Assembly: GCA_973895155.1 (NCBI GenBank)
Contig: OZ316891.1
Location: forward strand, 31,999,112 to 32,063,111
Direction: 5' to 3'
Source of the DNA: Marsupella aquatica
Taxonomy: Eukaryota > Plantae > Marchantiophyta
DNA: 64,000 bases
The notes beneath the pieces are model-generated. The model saw only the letters and a program-made list of their open reading frames with translations. It had not been told where the DNA came from and ran no database searches. This document shows, piece by piece, positions 37,190 through 49,649 of this stretch. The position numbers and the translations under genes are program-made. Position 1 is the stretch's first letter, and each line of letters begins with the position of its first letter.

Positions 37190-40100
37190 AGGAGCACAGT
37201 TTGTCACCCCGTATGCACAGACCAGAGTGGAATGACCTCACACTTAATGCTCTGACTTAAGCACCAAGGATATTAATTTAAAATTTTGAAGTATGAGAAA
37301 TTTTGGGTAAAGTGTTTAGGGTCCAGAGTATATAACTTATCCTATTTTGGCTGCACTAAGTGGAATATTATAATGTAAGAATTAAGCAAGCTCTCTTTAA
37401 ATTCTCCATTCAAAGATTGCTTTAATATCTACTTTAACTTGGCCAACATTGTAACATTCTATGACAGAATTAATGGGCCATGCGATAACCTGCAAACATC
37501 CCTTACACGTATGACTTATTTGTCTCACTATCATAGCCTATATAGGATGTATAAACTAAGTACAACCCTCATCACATTGCTTGATCCCAATCTTGTTGGA
37601 AAAATGCCTATTTTTCATGTGATGACTATTGTATGTGATTCAAATGCATGAAATGTTGTTGCAGATCTTTTTTGGTGAATCACATCCACGAATTTGAGGT
37701 GTTGGTGGAGCAATTGTACTAGGGGTTTAGTTTTGTGTGTGGGCTCAACAAACCAAAAGTATGTCTGCTCTGCATCCTTGTGTGGCCATTGCAATTCATT
37801 GCAGTAGCAAATGCCTTTGTACCTTAAATGCTAAATTTTACTTTTTGTGAAGTCTGCTAAAGTACATTGTCTGTACAGTCTGCCAAAATGTATTGCCTAT
37901 ACCGTCTACTTAATTGTACTGTCTGTCTCATGCGTAGGTATGGCACGCCCCAAAATTCCAGCGAAAAAGCGTGTGATCGATAGAGGTGAGCAACACAGGT
38001 GTACCTGGGCCACATGTTACTAACTTCTCTGCAAGTCAGATTTTCCAGAAGGCAGCTCATTGTTGTGCCATTTGTGACGATGGTGGGAGCTTGGTCATCT
38101 GTGAGGGCCCTTGCATGAGGCATTTCCACCTCAACCCAAAGTCTCACCTTGCTGCAAAAAACAATTGTCCAGGGGTGGGCCTCCCGTCAACACACCAGGG
38201 AGACTGGATGTGCACTGGTTGTTTGGAAAAGCAGGCTAAGTGTGCACAGTGTGGGAAGTTGGGGTCCTATGAGGGCTCTGTTGATGCTGCACCGGATGTT
38301 AGGAAATGTCCAGACCATTTTTGTGTGAGGTTTGTCTGTTTTGAGTGTTTGCCTGCTCATGCCACAACTTGCTGTCAAACACTTGTCAAGGAGCTTAAGC
38401 GGCTTTTCTCCCCAAAAGACTACCTAATACCTTCTCCATATCATACCAGGGTCACAAAAAGATTTACAAAACTTCTGAAATGTGCCTACAATGTCTAATC
38501 ACTCCATACATAAGTAGTTTCAACTCTCCACTTCTAGAGAGGTAGTCCCCTTGACTACTTTTGTACTCACACCCTTCCTCTCTCCTCTACTCCAAGGATC
38601 AGCAAGGGGGATCTCCGCTCCAAGCTATCACCTTAGAGTAGATTCTCACACAAACACCCAAGAACCAAGGTACTTTCCTCTTCAAGCTTAAGTCTCCTCA
38701 ACACCCTCAAAGTAGTGTTACCCCTCAACCTTGCCCCCTGGCCTTGGTTTGGGTCCACACATCCCCCTTTGAGCTCTAGAGAAGGCTCCTCTATCTAAGG
38801 ACTCTTCCTCGTGTTCTTACTTCTTGTTAACACCACACACCAAGCAAAATACTTTCCACCCTCAAGCTATAATCCTTTCTAAGTCTCAAAGTAGTGCTCT
38901 ACCTTAACCTTGCCTCCTTGGCCTTGGTTTTGTACTAGCACATCCCCTTTGAGCTTAGACCAAGATTACATCATAGCATGGACTATTTTCTTGCTCTCAT
39001 ATACTTCAAATGCACTCACACTTAATGGTCACAATGAAGATTGGCAAGTCTCCTTTTATTGCATCACCTTTACAACAAAAGTTCACTACACATTCTCCAC
39101 ACTAAGCATGGACCACCTCTCCCTTCTCAAGCTTAGCCCTACCTTGGCAAGGTAGAGATTCCACTTAAGAGATGAGACTCCCGGTCCCTAACAAATAAAA
39201 ACTTACTCCTTATATACTATTCTCCTTCCACACCACACCAAGCTTGACCTGGGGTCCAACTACTCCTCCCCCAAGTCCTCCTAACACACAAAGTCCAACT
39301 CTATAATTCGTAGCCCACCCTACAACCTATTGTTTGCACTCCTTCCAAGCCCTGGAATATGCCACACATGAGTTGCATGCTTTGACCTCCAAACCTTCTC
39401 CCACTTATGGTCCTCCTCACCAGCTTCCCAACCCACTTGAAATCTTGCAAAAAGAGTGAGTGAGTCTCAAGGTGTGCCTAGTCAAAGATGGCCTTATGTT
39501 ACTTGTAACCCCTTTACTACCCTAAGTAAACTACCCCCTATACTTACTTTTCTTAACATGATGGCCTTACACCTTTGAAAAAAGGTAAGTACCCTTCCCT
39601 AGAGCCTAACTAAAGTGGTATGGGTGCAAGAAAGGTCAGCCCCTAAATCTGGTAGTTATTCCCCTATGCCGACTTTGGTTTGCAAGCTATCAGGACCCCC
39701 TCGTGGCCTCGGCTAAAAATATATTTGAGTGACTCTTTTTCTGGGTTTCCACCTTCACCAAGGGGTGCCTTATCTTTCCCTAACTCAACACAAAAAAAAT
39801 TGGGCCCCAACGGATACCCCTAGCCAAAGTTATGTCCATTCTCCCAAGGCCTGTTTTTGGTGTAAAGCGGGTGTAAGCGACGACCCGATTACACTTACGT
39901 TATACACCCCTTATGGAGATTCCAGGTGTCACCAGGGGAGAGTACTCTCATTATACTCACGTTTCTTATGAAGAATTTGATAAGGACATCAATTTTTGCA
40001 GCCATTTTCCTCTCTCTTGAATTCAATCTGAAAGTGCATCATTCTCTATTGGATTCTAATGGTAGCAGGTCAATCTACAGCTCAACCAGATTTGCAGCAC

Positions 40101-42845
40101 CCTTCTCAGTCCACCTCCATAGCCATCCAGCCTTGCAAGTGATTCAAAATCGCAGCATAATTTTGCAGCAGCCATAGCCCACCAATTCACAGCTAGCAGC
40201 ACAACAGCACATTCAAAGCACAGCAACAGATTCGAAGCACAGCAACAGCAGCCATAGCTTGATTCCTTCTCAGCAACTAGCTCTATTCCAATCACTCATC
40301 CAAACAGGTCTCTCTTCTCAATTTTGCAACTGCCCACCTCTGCAATTTCGCAGCTAGCAGCAATCCTATTTTGCAGCCATAGCTCTTCAATTCGCAGCAG
40401 CAGCCCTCTTCCTTGTTGATCCGCTAATCAATTCTTGTGCAGCAGTCCATCTGATCAGCCGCCAGCCCTTCAATTTCGTAGCCCACCATAGCTCATAGCC
40501 AACCAACTAGCTCTTGATCAGCAGCAGCCTATTTCTCCATAGCAAGCAGCTCTATTCCAATCAACAACATCAAGCAACCAGCCAATTCTAATCAGCATCC
40601 CATGCTTGAAGCTATAGTAGCTCAATTCAATTTCGTAGCTGCCTCTTGATCCCAATTCGAAGCAAGCATCTCATGTATTGACCCTTATGGTGTTCCTGAC
40701 CTCGTGCTTGAGTCGCCCCGGCCTCGTGCTTAAGTCGTGGTCGCCGCCGACGCGGTTGACACTTAGAAAAATTTCGGATTTTTTTGTTGGGAAAACAGTA
40801 TTTACAGGCTGTTTTGGACCGCCCCCAAAAATCACACATGAGTCCCAAATGACTTCTGAGTATATATACATATTTTCTAGACATAGGACTATGTACTGGT
40901 TTACTAATATCTAAACAAAACCTTATCACCGATTTTCTAAAATTAGGTAAAGTGGGTCAATTATTATGTTTTCCAAAATTCTTCTCACCTTTGAGATGCT
41001 CCCAAAAAGTAACCAAAGATACCCAGCTTCTACCACAAGTTTCCAGAGATAGAGTGGACCATATTTAACCCACTTCCAAACTTGGAACTCCTAAATTTAC
41101 TCATCAGCTATTTTTCCCGGGACCCGCTATTTTGTTAATTTAAGTCACACCAAAACACAAGGAAACCCTAGGTTGAGACCCCACTTGACATCTAACTTTT
41201 TAGGGGTGCTCTAGGGACCTCCTAGCATCTATGGGAAAAATATGAACCAAAACTAAGACTTCAAGTGTCGGGTTGTTTCCCCGGCTCGGAATAGTCGCCT
41301 AGTCTAAATAAGGACGGAACGTTGTATGCCCCATCATAAAGACCTTCTTATCCCTTGTCACTTGCTTAGAACTCAGTAACCTTCCATTCCACTTTCTTTC
41401 CTATTCTACCTACTTAAGTTCCTAAAACCTAGTTACTCCGATAGCACTTAAAACGTCTTTCTTACTATTCCTTGTTCAAAAAGCAAAAAAATGACAAGTT
41501 TCTTACATAAACCTATATCGAGCCATTCCACACTTGCCCAATTCATAGGTGCATGGCATGTGGTGAGCATGATGATGAGTACTTGGCTGACATAGTCCAC
41601 TGTGCTAGGTGTCCCACTATGTGGCACTATCATTGCTTGAAAGATCGTCAAGCAGAGGGTTATGCTTGTGACTGTGAGCCGCTCAATTAGTGGGTTAAAT
41701 TAGTTTTAGGTTAGATTTTTTCTTTTTTGTTCTAAGTAAGCATATTATGCCTGTAAATGAGTGAGAAGTAGAAGTGAAGCTGAAGTAAACTCTCTTCAGT
41801 ATAGCAGAGTAAGAAAGTTTCATTAGTTTAAACCACGGTTAACTTAATAGTGGATTAGTGGATTAGATAGGTAATCAGATCCTTAGAGTTTGTAATTTAG
41901 GCTGAGATTTTTTCTGAAGGTTCTAGGCAGGCCCTGGAGAACCCTTGTAAAAGTGCAAGTCATTTCAACCGTTCAATTAGAAGCTATTTACAGTGGAACA
42001 AAACTTAAAATAGCCAACTTGCAGGACCTAGGGAAAATAGCCAGAGAGCAACAAATGTATTTTGAAGGCTAGCCATGGTGTTACTATACCTAACAATATC
42101 CCTCAGAATTACTAAACCTTGTTTTGGACTTATAGATACTTTTTGGGAGTGGTCCGAATTCTGTAAAAGTAGCTATGAAGTATGACGGATTGCAGACTTT
42201 GAACAATTATAAAAAAGCCAAGTTTAGTTATATATCAACTCTAAGAATTGTTTTAGGAAGCCCTAGGGCTAGGAAATCCAGGAGTATGTTCATAATAGTT
42301 TTTTTCCTTATGAGTGAGTTTTGAGCTATAGGCGAAGATGGCTAATGTTAAATGCCATAAGTAGCACTTAAAGGGAGACTTAAAGGGAGGAAAGTTCTTT
42401 GTGCTTACAAAGGGGTAATTCAGCTGCGTAGAGAAACGTGGTGGACTCATTTACATCTGTAAAGGGCAGGGTTACAATGTAAAAGAGCTAGCTAAGGCCA
42501 GGTGTCGAGCCCAGAATTCAATAGAGCAAAAATCAAAGTGAAATTGAAGGGAGAATGGAGCTCAACGAGAATCAGAAGACCTGAACTAGAAGAGGAAATT
42601 CTGGAGCACGAATTAAAGGAGAACACATGGAAGGGAAATTAATAGAGAAGATTGAAATTTCTGAATCAGAGAGAATATTTTACAGAAAGGAGAAGTCATC
42701 GACTACTAACAAGGGGGCTCTTCAGGCGAAATCAACTTGCACCTTCCATAGGGGAACTTCGAGGTGACAACAGTGGACAGCTAGAAGACCATTTCCTCAG
42801 CTAGGGTGATTGACAAGAAATCTGAGCTGTGGCCCTTAACTTCAG

Positions 42846-43068
42846 GAATTGAATGTAGTATCAAGTCCATAGAGGTATTTCTGAAATTAGAATGGCTGTT
42901 CTTTGGACTCAAGAATTGAATGCAGGATTAGTATCAAGTCCATAGAGATATTTCTGAAATTAGAATGGCTGCTCTTTGGACTCAAGAATTGAATGCAGGA
43001 TTAGTATCAAGTCCATAGAGATATTTCTGAAATTAGAATGGCTGCTCTTTGGACTCACAAATTGAATG
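42846..43068 (+). repeat. 73-bp tandem repeat (3 copies)
   Basis: GAATTGAATG...TAGTATCAAGTCCATAGAG units at 42846, 42913 and 42986. Confidence 0.9.
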
Positions 43069-43557
43069 CTACCAAGGTCAACCGACAATCGAGAGAAGAA
43101 CACATGGAAGGGAGATATTTTTGTGAGAATGGAGGGCTGGTATGAACAGAAGCACCAGCCAGACTTCCTTCAAATAAGCCACGATCCCTTCAAACAAGTT
43201 CAGTTCTCTAAGTCCTAGCTTAGTTCTCTCCTTGCTCCAAACTGAATCAGGCAAACCGAGTTTACACCAGTAACTAAGCCTTGAGATAAGGTTGACCCTA
43301 GTTTAAAGTGACAATATCGATGGGTTCTGCTGAAACCTGAATAAATCGCTTAGTTTAGACTCAATCGGAGTACTTTTAAATGCATTGGAAAGCTATCGAC
43401 GGTGGCTAGAGGCTGGCACAAGCTAGGAGGATTGGGAGTTCACTAAGATTCTCTTGGAAGTCAGGTTGTATAACAGTTTGATATTGCCAGCTACTTGAGA
43501 GGTTTCGATTGTGGTAAGGCTCTAAAAGGAGGTCAAGTGGGACTACAATCAAAGTGC

Positions 43558-43902
43558 ATGGCTGATCCAAGAGTTCCTGATCCAAGAGGGCTACCTGATC
43601 ATCACTTTCCTCCCCTGGTCCACAAGGCTAAGTTCACCTTGTGGAGTAAGCATGGGAGAGCAAATGCCGACCCCGACATTTGGCTGGCCCAATACCTAGC
43701 TTGCTCAAAAGTGGACAAGAGGGGCAGAAGTTCAAATCTGAGGGCTTTCACCAAGGTGTACCTCAAGCATTTCAGAGAGGACAACCAGATTACCAAGCCA
43801 CTAACCAGTATGGTAAGGAAGTACCATGCTTGGGTCATTCGCAAGGCCCTAATCGGATGGGTGAGGCCTGGAGAAGGGCTCTTTCATGTCAAGGGGACCT
43901 AG
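43558..43902 (+). CDS. Small protein encoded inside the LTR-like insert, homologous to 13801-14100
   Basis: MADPRVPD...KFTLWSKHGRANADPDIWLAQYL...KALIGWV. Confidence 0.6.
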   Translation: MADPRVPDPRGLPDHHFPPLVHKAKFTLWSKHGRANADPDIWLAQYLACSKVDKRGRSSNLRAFTKVYLKHFREDNQITKPLTSMVRKYHAWVIRKALIGWVRPGEGLFHVKGT

Positions 43903-45593
43903 GCTGGTTCTGGAGTCCAGGAATAAGGAGGTTAAGGAGTGGAGTCCTTAAAGCCAACATGGAGGATACCTAAGGACCTGAGTTACATGCAGACTTGGAG
44001 GAACTTGGAGGGCCATTGGAAGTTGATCCCTCTACTATTTTTAGAGCTATTTTGTAGATAGGGATGACTGTACTTTGGAGGCTGACTTAGTCCCTGATTT
44101 GGAGGGATAGGACAGCCAAGTCAGGAGGTGAGGTGGACCTGAATGAAGGGCTGAAATCAAGGAGTTGATTTAGGCTTTCAAAAGGTCACCAACTAGCTGA
44201 CAAACAAGTGAGTTAGTGAGATAGTTAGGAGGATAAGTAAGGATCTTTGACCCCCTTGAAAGGTGGGCTGGTCTTTTTTTAGTGATGAGTCACTTGCTGG
44301 CCTTTGGGGTGGTTTTGGACTTTGTGATGAGTTGGAGCCAAGCAAGGAGTACTTCAGTTGGTGTGAGTTACTTTGTGTGGGTCCAAGTATGGAGAATCAA
44401 GGAGTAGCACTAAGAGACCTTAGGGGAACTAAGGTAGATGTTCTAGGGGTACTAGAACTCAAGTGTATGCCTTGAGGCTTGAAAGGACCATAGTGTTAAG
44501 TAGTAGGAGTTGAAGAAGCTAAAGTATAGCAAGTAGGTAGTGACAACCTACCCATGTACTTCCTTTGAAATTCTTATGAAATTTCAGCGCATTTCTGGGA
44601 AAGAAATTGTTGATGTGCACTCATCTGAAATCTTGAGGCCCTTGTGGTCTAGCATGTTTCTCATATGATCTTTGTGACTCCAGAAGTCTTCTCTTTGGGT
44701 AAGGGAGACCTAGATTAGTTGTCTTGCCGGGTAGGGGGACATTTCCAGCGGTGGAAACCAAAGAATACCCATTTCTGGTGACGAAAACCAAATACATTTG
44801 CACAGTCTCAAGGAGAAGCAAAGGCTTAATGGAAATAGAGGTAGTTCCTTCTTATGGAGCGTCCCTCCCGTAGTTCCTGGTGATAAAGAGCTATCAAGTG
44901 CAAGCTTTTAGTACAATAAGGCTTATTAGCTCAGAAGCGAGGGTTTGACAGTGACAGAGAAATCTATGATCACTCTGCACATGGTGTTGATCGATGGATA
45001 TTTTATTGTCATCACCATGCCATTGATCCTACCTTGCGCACTCCTATGAGAGATCACATATCTTGGCTGTGAAGCTGAACATTGTACATGCACAGGGCAC
45101 CTAATGTGGATGTACTATTTTTGGAGATTGCAGAGATTCCAATTTTGAATAGGAGTTGGGTAGGCGAGTTTATATAGGGAGCACTTATCCTGTGCCCTGG
45201 CGTTATTGGCTGGGTACATGCCTATAAAAACTTATCCTTACAAGCCTTCTTGGAAGTATTTAGACTGAGTGGTCATTTTCACAAACACTCTCATCAGACT
45301 GCTAAATTAAAACAGGACTTCAAAGTTGTAAGCATTAGGCATGCAATTAATCAAATTGCCCTATAAGTTTGTCATTGAATGTATCCTCCTTTACAACAAA
45401 ATATGTATGTGCGGCCATGACAAGTTGGTTGCACTTCATTTCACCTTTGATATGGATTTCCTAGTATATACTCAAACAATGTCCTACATCGGTGCAGGTG
45501 CCTAGTACTTATTGTTCACATATCCCCTATACCTATCAAAATTGGACCGGATCAACTTAAAAAGCAGGAATTTTGGTGTCCTTCTATTGGCAG

Positions 45594-46515
45594 GTGAACC
45601 CATTCTTCCAATATTCACTCTCATCACGTAGGGTGTGTGTACATGGAGCCTGGGAAACGTAGAAAGTGTGACCACCCAGTAGTGTTTACAGGGGTCAGAG
45701 CCATTTTGGTCCATGGCCAGCATGGGTTGACCAAAGTGCATTGGCCAACTGTACAGAAATGATTCTCTGAGCTCCATGGCACTGTACTTCAGGACATCAC
45801 TCCAGAGACTACACATGTTGTTGCAGGGACATGGCTATCAGTGATAAACAAGTGGTCATGGTCCTACATGAATTCTGCAATTACTAAGCAAGGCCTAAAA
45901 GTAGTTGAGGCCTCTTGGATCACAGATTCCATAGCACATCAGATTGTACAGGATACTGAGCATATGAATTGTGGGAGGATGAAGAAGCTACTGCATCAGC
46001 TTGGGCTGAACAAGAAGTCTGGGAAGCAAAGGCATGGTTTGCTGATGTCCAATATGGACCTGTACTCAACAAAGGACAAAGCTCAAGAAGGCTGAAGAGT
46101 ATGTTGGCTGAGGAGATGAAGCAACCAACCCCCATTCTGAAAGGGCTGAGCATGGTTTTTGTGGAGGCGGGAATTGGAGAGGTTAAGTGCAAAGTGTACA
46201 AGTCCACAGTGCTTGACCTAGGTGGGACAGTGGAGGAGAATATAACAGAGGACACCACTCATGTCATTACTAAGTCATATCCCAAAGCCTGCCGCAAGTT
46301 TGGGAAGGGTGACATTCGCTTTTATGTCATGTCCCATAAATGTGTTGGTGGTTTCATATGCTTGGCTTGTGCAATCAGTAGTAGCTGGGAAGCCTCAAAA
46401 CCCAATGGACTATGATCTTTTTGAGGCCTGGCCACGGAAGGGTCAGGATCCTCACAGTGAAAACTATGTGACAACAAGTGAGGAAGGGGTCATTAGCGAT
46501 TCTGAATCAGAGTGA
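45594..46515 (+). pseudogene. CACTA cargo: tandem BRCT protein, copy 1 (one stop and two frameshifts)
   Basis: Homologous to 57489-58409; LGGTVEENITEDTTHVI and SWITDSI BRCT motifs. Confidence 0.8.
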
Positions 46516-46561
46516 GGACTACATAGTAGCATCAGTTTTGAGACAAGCTTTTTGTACAAAT

Positions 46562-48996
46562 TGTGACGCCAATGACATGGTCCTTATTTTGTAATCTGAT
46601 TAAGTAGGTTGCTGTATGCAAGGAGTAGCTATTGATATTGCATAACAATTAGCAAGATGGCAAGAATAAGCAATCATGGCGTTAAGAGTAGGGAAATAAA
46701 AGCTATGTCGCAGGTGGTCGGCGACCATATCTCTTTCAATATGTCACCAAATCCGGATCTGTAAAGAGCATTGGAAAGATCTGGTCAAGGCGAGTAAAAT
46801 CGATGTAAAACACTCGAGAAACGGAGGTGTATTAAGAAAGATACGGCCTGATTAGTGTGACGGGTTAACTTATGGCCGGAATTAGCGGATTCGGCTTCAG
46901 TTTCGGGTTAACCCAAGCTCGACCACGGCTTAGCTTATGTGAGCATGGCTTCAGCTTAGCTCAGGTCAGCACGGCTTCAGCTTAGCTCAGGTAAGCACGG
47001 CTTCAGCTTAGGCTTAACCCGGGTTCGGATTAGATTGATCCCGGGTTAGACTTAACTCGGGTTAGCCTAAACTCAGGCTCAGGTTAGCATAGGTAAGCTC
47101 GGGTTCGGGCTCAGCTTAGGCTAGGATAGCGGATAGCGGATAGCGGGTAGCGGGTAGCGGCCTAACCCGAGACCACGGGTTAGCTCTACTCGGGTTAGAT
47201 AGGATAGCTAGGTTAGCCGAACTCGGGTTAGCTATGTAACTCGGGTTAGCGCAACAGTGAGTACCCCCTCTCGGTTACGGGGGCATAACTCTCTGTGTAT
47301 TTGACCAAATCGGCTATAATTGACCTCGTTGGAAAGAGGAGCTCAAGCCGCTTCCAACGCTGTTATCCACGTAGCAAATGGTTGAATACAGAAATCGGGA
47401 GAGGAGGCGTAAGCTCGCGAAAACCATGGAGGAGGGCCGAATCCGAAGTACATAGCCAATTCGAGATAGAAATAAAGTTTCGAGTTAGGGTTCAGTAGTT
47501 AGAGATAGTGGCGGCTCTGTTAGGGCTGGGATGGGGCTCCAGCAGCGTAGCATCCACCCATTTGGGCTCAATGAGAGAGTATATAGAGCAGCCCTCTGGT
47601 AGAGGCAGAGGGGGGGGGGAACTTCAGTTGTGTGATCTCACTTAGACTGAGCAGCAGGGAAAAGCTTTGTGCAAGCAAGGCTGGACTTGGACGCTGCGTG
47701 TTGGGGAGAGCTTGGTTGTGCTATTACTCAGGGAGTAATCAGCCAAGCTTCACAGCAACGGGTTGCTAGGTTTGCGAGCTGGATTGTGGCTCTTTCTAGT
47801 GGGCAACACAACTGGGTTCTTTTCCCCCGATACATAGCCTTGGTGAAGGTGATGTGTTGGTGATTGTAAACTGTGGGGAGGATTTCAATGCGATTTGCGG
47901 TGGGCACATTAGGGAGGCTGAGGTACTGATTTAGGGGCAGCAGGAGGAGCATTTACAGTTCAGTCTGGCAAGGCTACATGATCCATGGGGAGTCCCGGCC
48001 TTTGTCTGGTGGAGAGCACTAAGGGATCTATGGCCAGAGCTGAGCTTGCAGGGCAAGCATGAGGCCGGGCCTCATTGTAGTCTGGGGTAGATCGCCGTTA
48101 GGCCTGGTACCAGCTTTGAAGTCGAGTCAACTGTGCATGCGTACTTGACATTCTGAAATGGAGGTGTGAGATCTGTACGTGCCCCCAAGAATGAAGTGCA
48201 GTGAAGGAGGTTGAGTTCAGGATTGAGTTTGCAAGGCAAGTACGGGATTGGTTCGAGTCCAATCTGCCATCGCAATCTGGAGTGAGCCGGGCTCAGGTTC
48301 AGGATTGAGCTTGCATGGCAAGCACGGGGCTTGCGGGGCAAGCACGTCGCAATCTGGAGGAGACAGCCTTCGGGCCTAGTGTTCGGATCAAGTGTTCTCA
48401 GTGAACTATTGTGCACATCTTTGAATCCAATTGAGTTTTCCTTTCAGGCCTCATTTCTCTCATGGATGTGTGTGTGTGTGAGGCAATCTGAGTGTATGAT
48501 GAGACTAGCAGTGCCACTGAGAGGTGTACCGGGTGCATTGAAGTGGGTTGGGTGAGGGCTGTCACAGCTCTGATTGCTGAGAGTGGAATGGCAGAGTGGT
48601 GGGGCAATGGCTTAGAAGTCCCTAAGCCGGGAATCAGTCAGGAGTCACTGGTTTATGGGTACATTCCGGCGGCGGAATAGAAACATACCTATGACAGTAA
48701 GCATACGTATAGACCTATGCGCACCGTAGCGCTAGGCCCTGTGTGTACGGGCCCGATATGAAGACCCCTTCTCACCAGAACTATCATGAGCGCAGATCTG
48801 ATCCCCAACCTTGGTTCCTTGGGATTGAGCTTGGGTGATGTGTGATAGAGCTTTGCTATGATAGTCTGGTGTTAAGGGCATAAATTGGTGTTTACCGGCC
48901 TTCACAACATCCCTTCGTGATCCTCAGGTACAAGGAGATGGTTTTGGCACCCATAGTGACGTCTTTGGTGTTAAGACCCATGTCAATCGCATGACA
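46562..48996 (+). mobile_element. Solo LTR (2435 bp)
   Basis: TGTGACGC...GCATGACA; TSD CAAAT (46557-46561 and 48997-49001); absent from the paralogous block near 58450; internal CTCGGGTTAG-type low-complexity repeats 46860-47250. Confidence 0.88.
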
Positions 48997-49046
48997 CAAA
49001 TCACATCTTTTAAATAAATGTGATATTTGAACTAACGTAGCTTGTT

Positions 49047-49649
49047 ATGGTTGGTCGCAGTTGGACTTATTTTACTGTTGGCAGATTGTTGTTTCCTGTT
49101 GCCTGGGGGTGTCACTGTAAACTTACTAGGGGTGGGCTCAAATCTTGGCAGCAGACTTTGGTGGGTATGTTGCCTTTCCTACATCACCAGGCGCTATGTA
49201 GGCTCCTCCTACGGGTTGCCACATGGCTGGCCACTGTTTGGACTCTCCTGCATGGGTTGGTGTTGAAACATATTTTGGCACCGCCTGAGGATGCAAGAGA
49301 CGATGAATCTTATTTTTCAGCAGATGAAATAGAAGAGCATAATGTTGTCGGGACTTCCTTGTTGCCTGGTTTGCCAGATGATATAATGTTGTCAGATGTG
49401 TGGCTCAGAATTCTTCTATGGTCAACCGCACAAGACATTTGCAAATATAGACTAATTAGCACACAATGGAGGGACTTGGTAGCTAGCTCCCCCCAGTGGA
49501 GGGCATTACAACCACTTCTTGTAGGCACAGATCGAACCCCACCCTGGTATGCCCATGGCATACTCCTTGATGACCTGATGTACATGCCAGTGTACCTCAG
49601 GTGTGAATACCATCGAGAACAGGGTGGGTATCCAGATGAGCTCTGGTAA
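49047..49649 (+). CDS. CACTA cargo: F-box-domain ORF, copy 1
   Basis: SLLPGLPDDIMLSDVWLRI...ICKYRLISTQWRDLV resembles a plant F-box; start codon uncertain. Confidence 0.65.
   Translation: MVGRSWTYFTVGRLLFPVAWGCHCKLTRGGLKSWQQTLVGMLPFLHHQALCRLLLRVATWLATVWTLLHGLVLKHILAPPEDARDDESYFSADEIEEHNVVGTSLLPGLPDDIMLSDVWLRILLWSTAQDICKYRLISTQWRDLVASSPQWRALQPLLVGTDRTPPWYAHGILLDDLMYMPVYLRCEYHREQGGYPDELW

Larger units (their letters stand above)
38373..44950. mobile_element. Large LTR-like insert (6578 bp), TSD not matching
   Basis: TGTCAAAC...GTTTGACA perfect 8-bp IR; interrupts the PHD ORF; flanks CTTGC and GTGAC differ. Confidence 0.7.
37940..45072 (+). pseudogene. CACTA cargo: EDM2/NSD-type PHD-finger cluster (37940-38372 plus 44951-45072), split by an LTR-like insert
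   Basis: CAICDDGGSLVICEGPCMRHFH...WMCTGCLEKQAKCAQCGKLGS...VRKCPDHFCVRF; after the insert, WIFYCHHHAIDPTLRTPMRDHISWL*, which resembles the IYC..HEID..L.TP.RDH motif I recall from plant EDM2. Confidence 0.8.

Noticed and set aside
37975-37981. 4-nt insertions near the starts of two element-1 cargo ORFs (also near 36764) as excision footprints or a switch
   Set aside because: Cannot be told apart from ordinary small indels with only two copies
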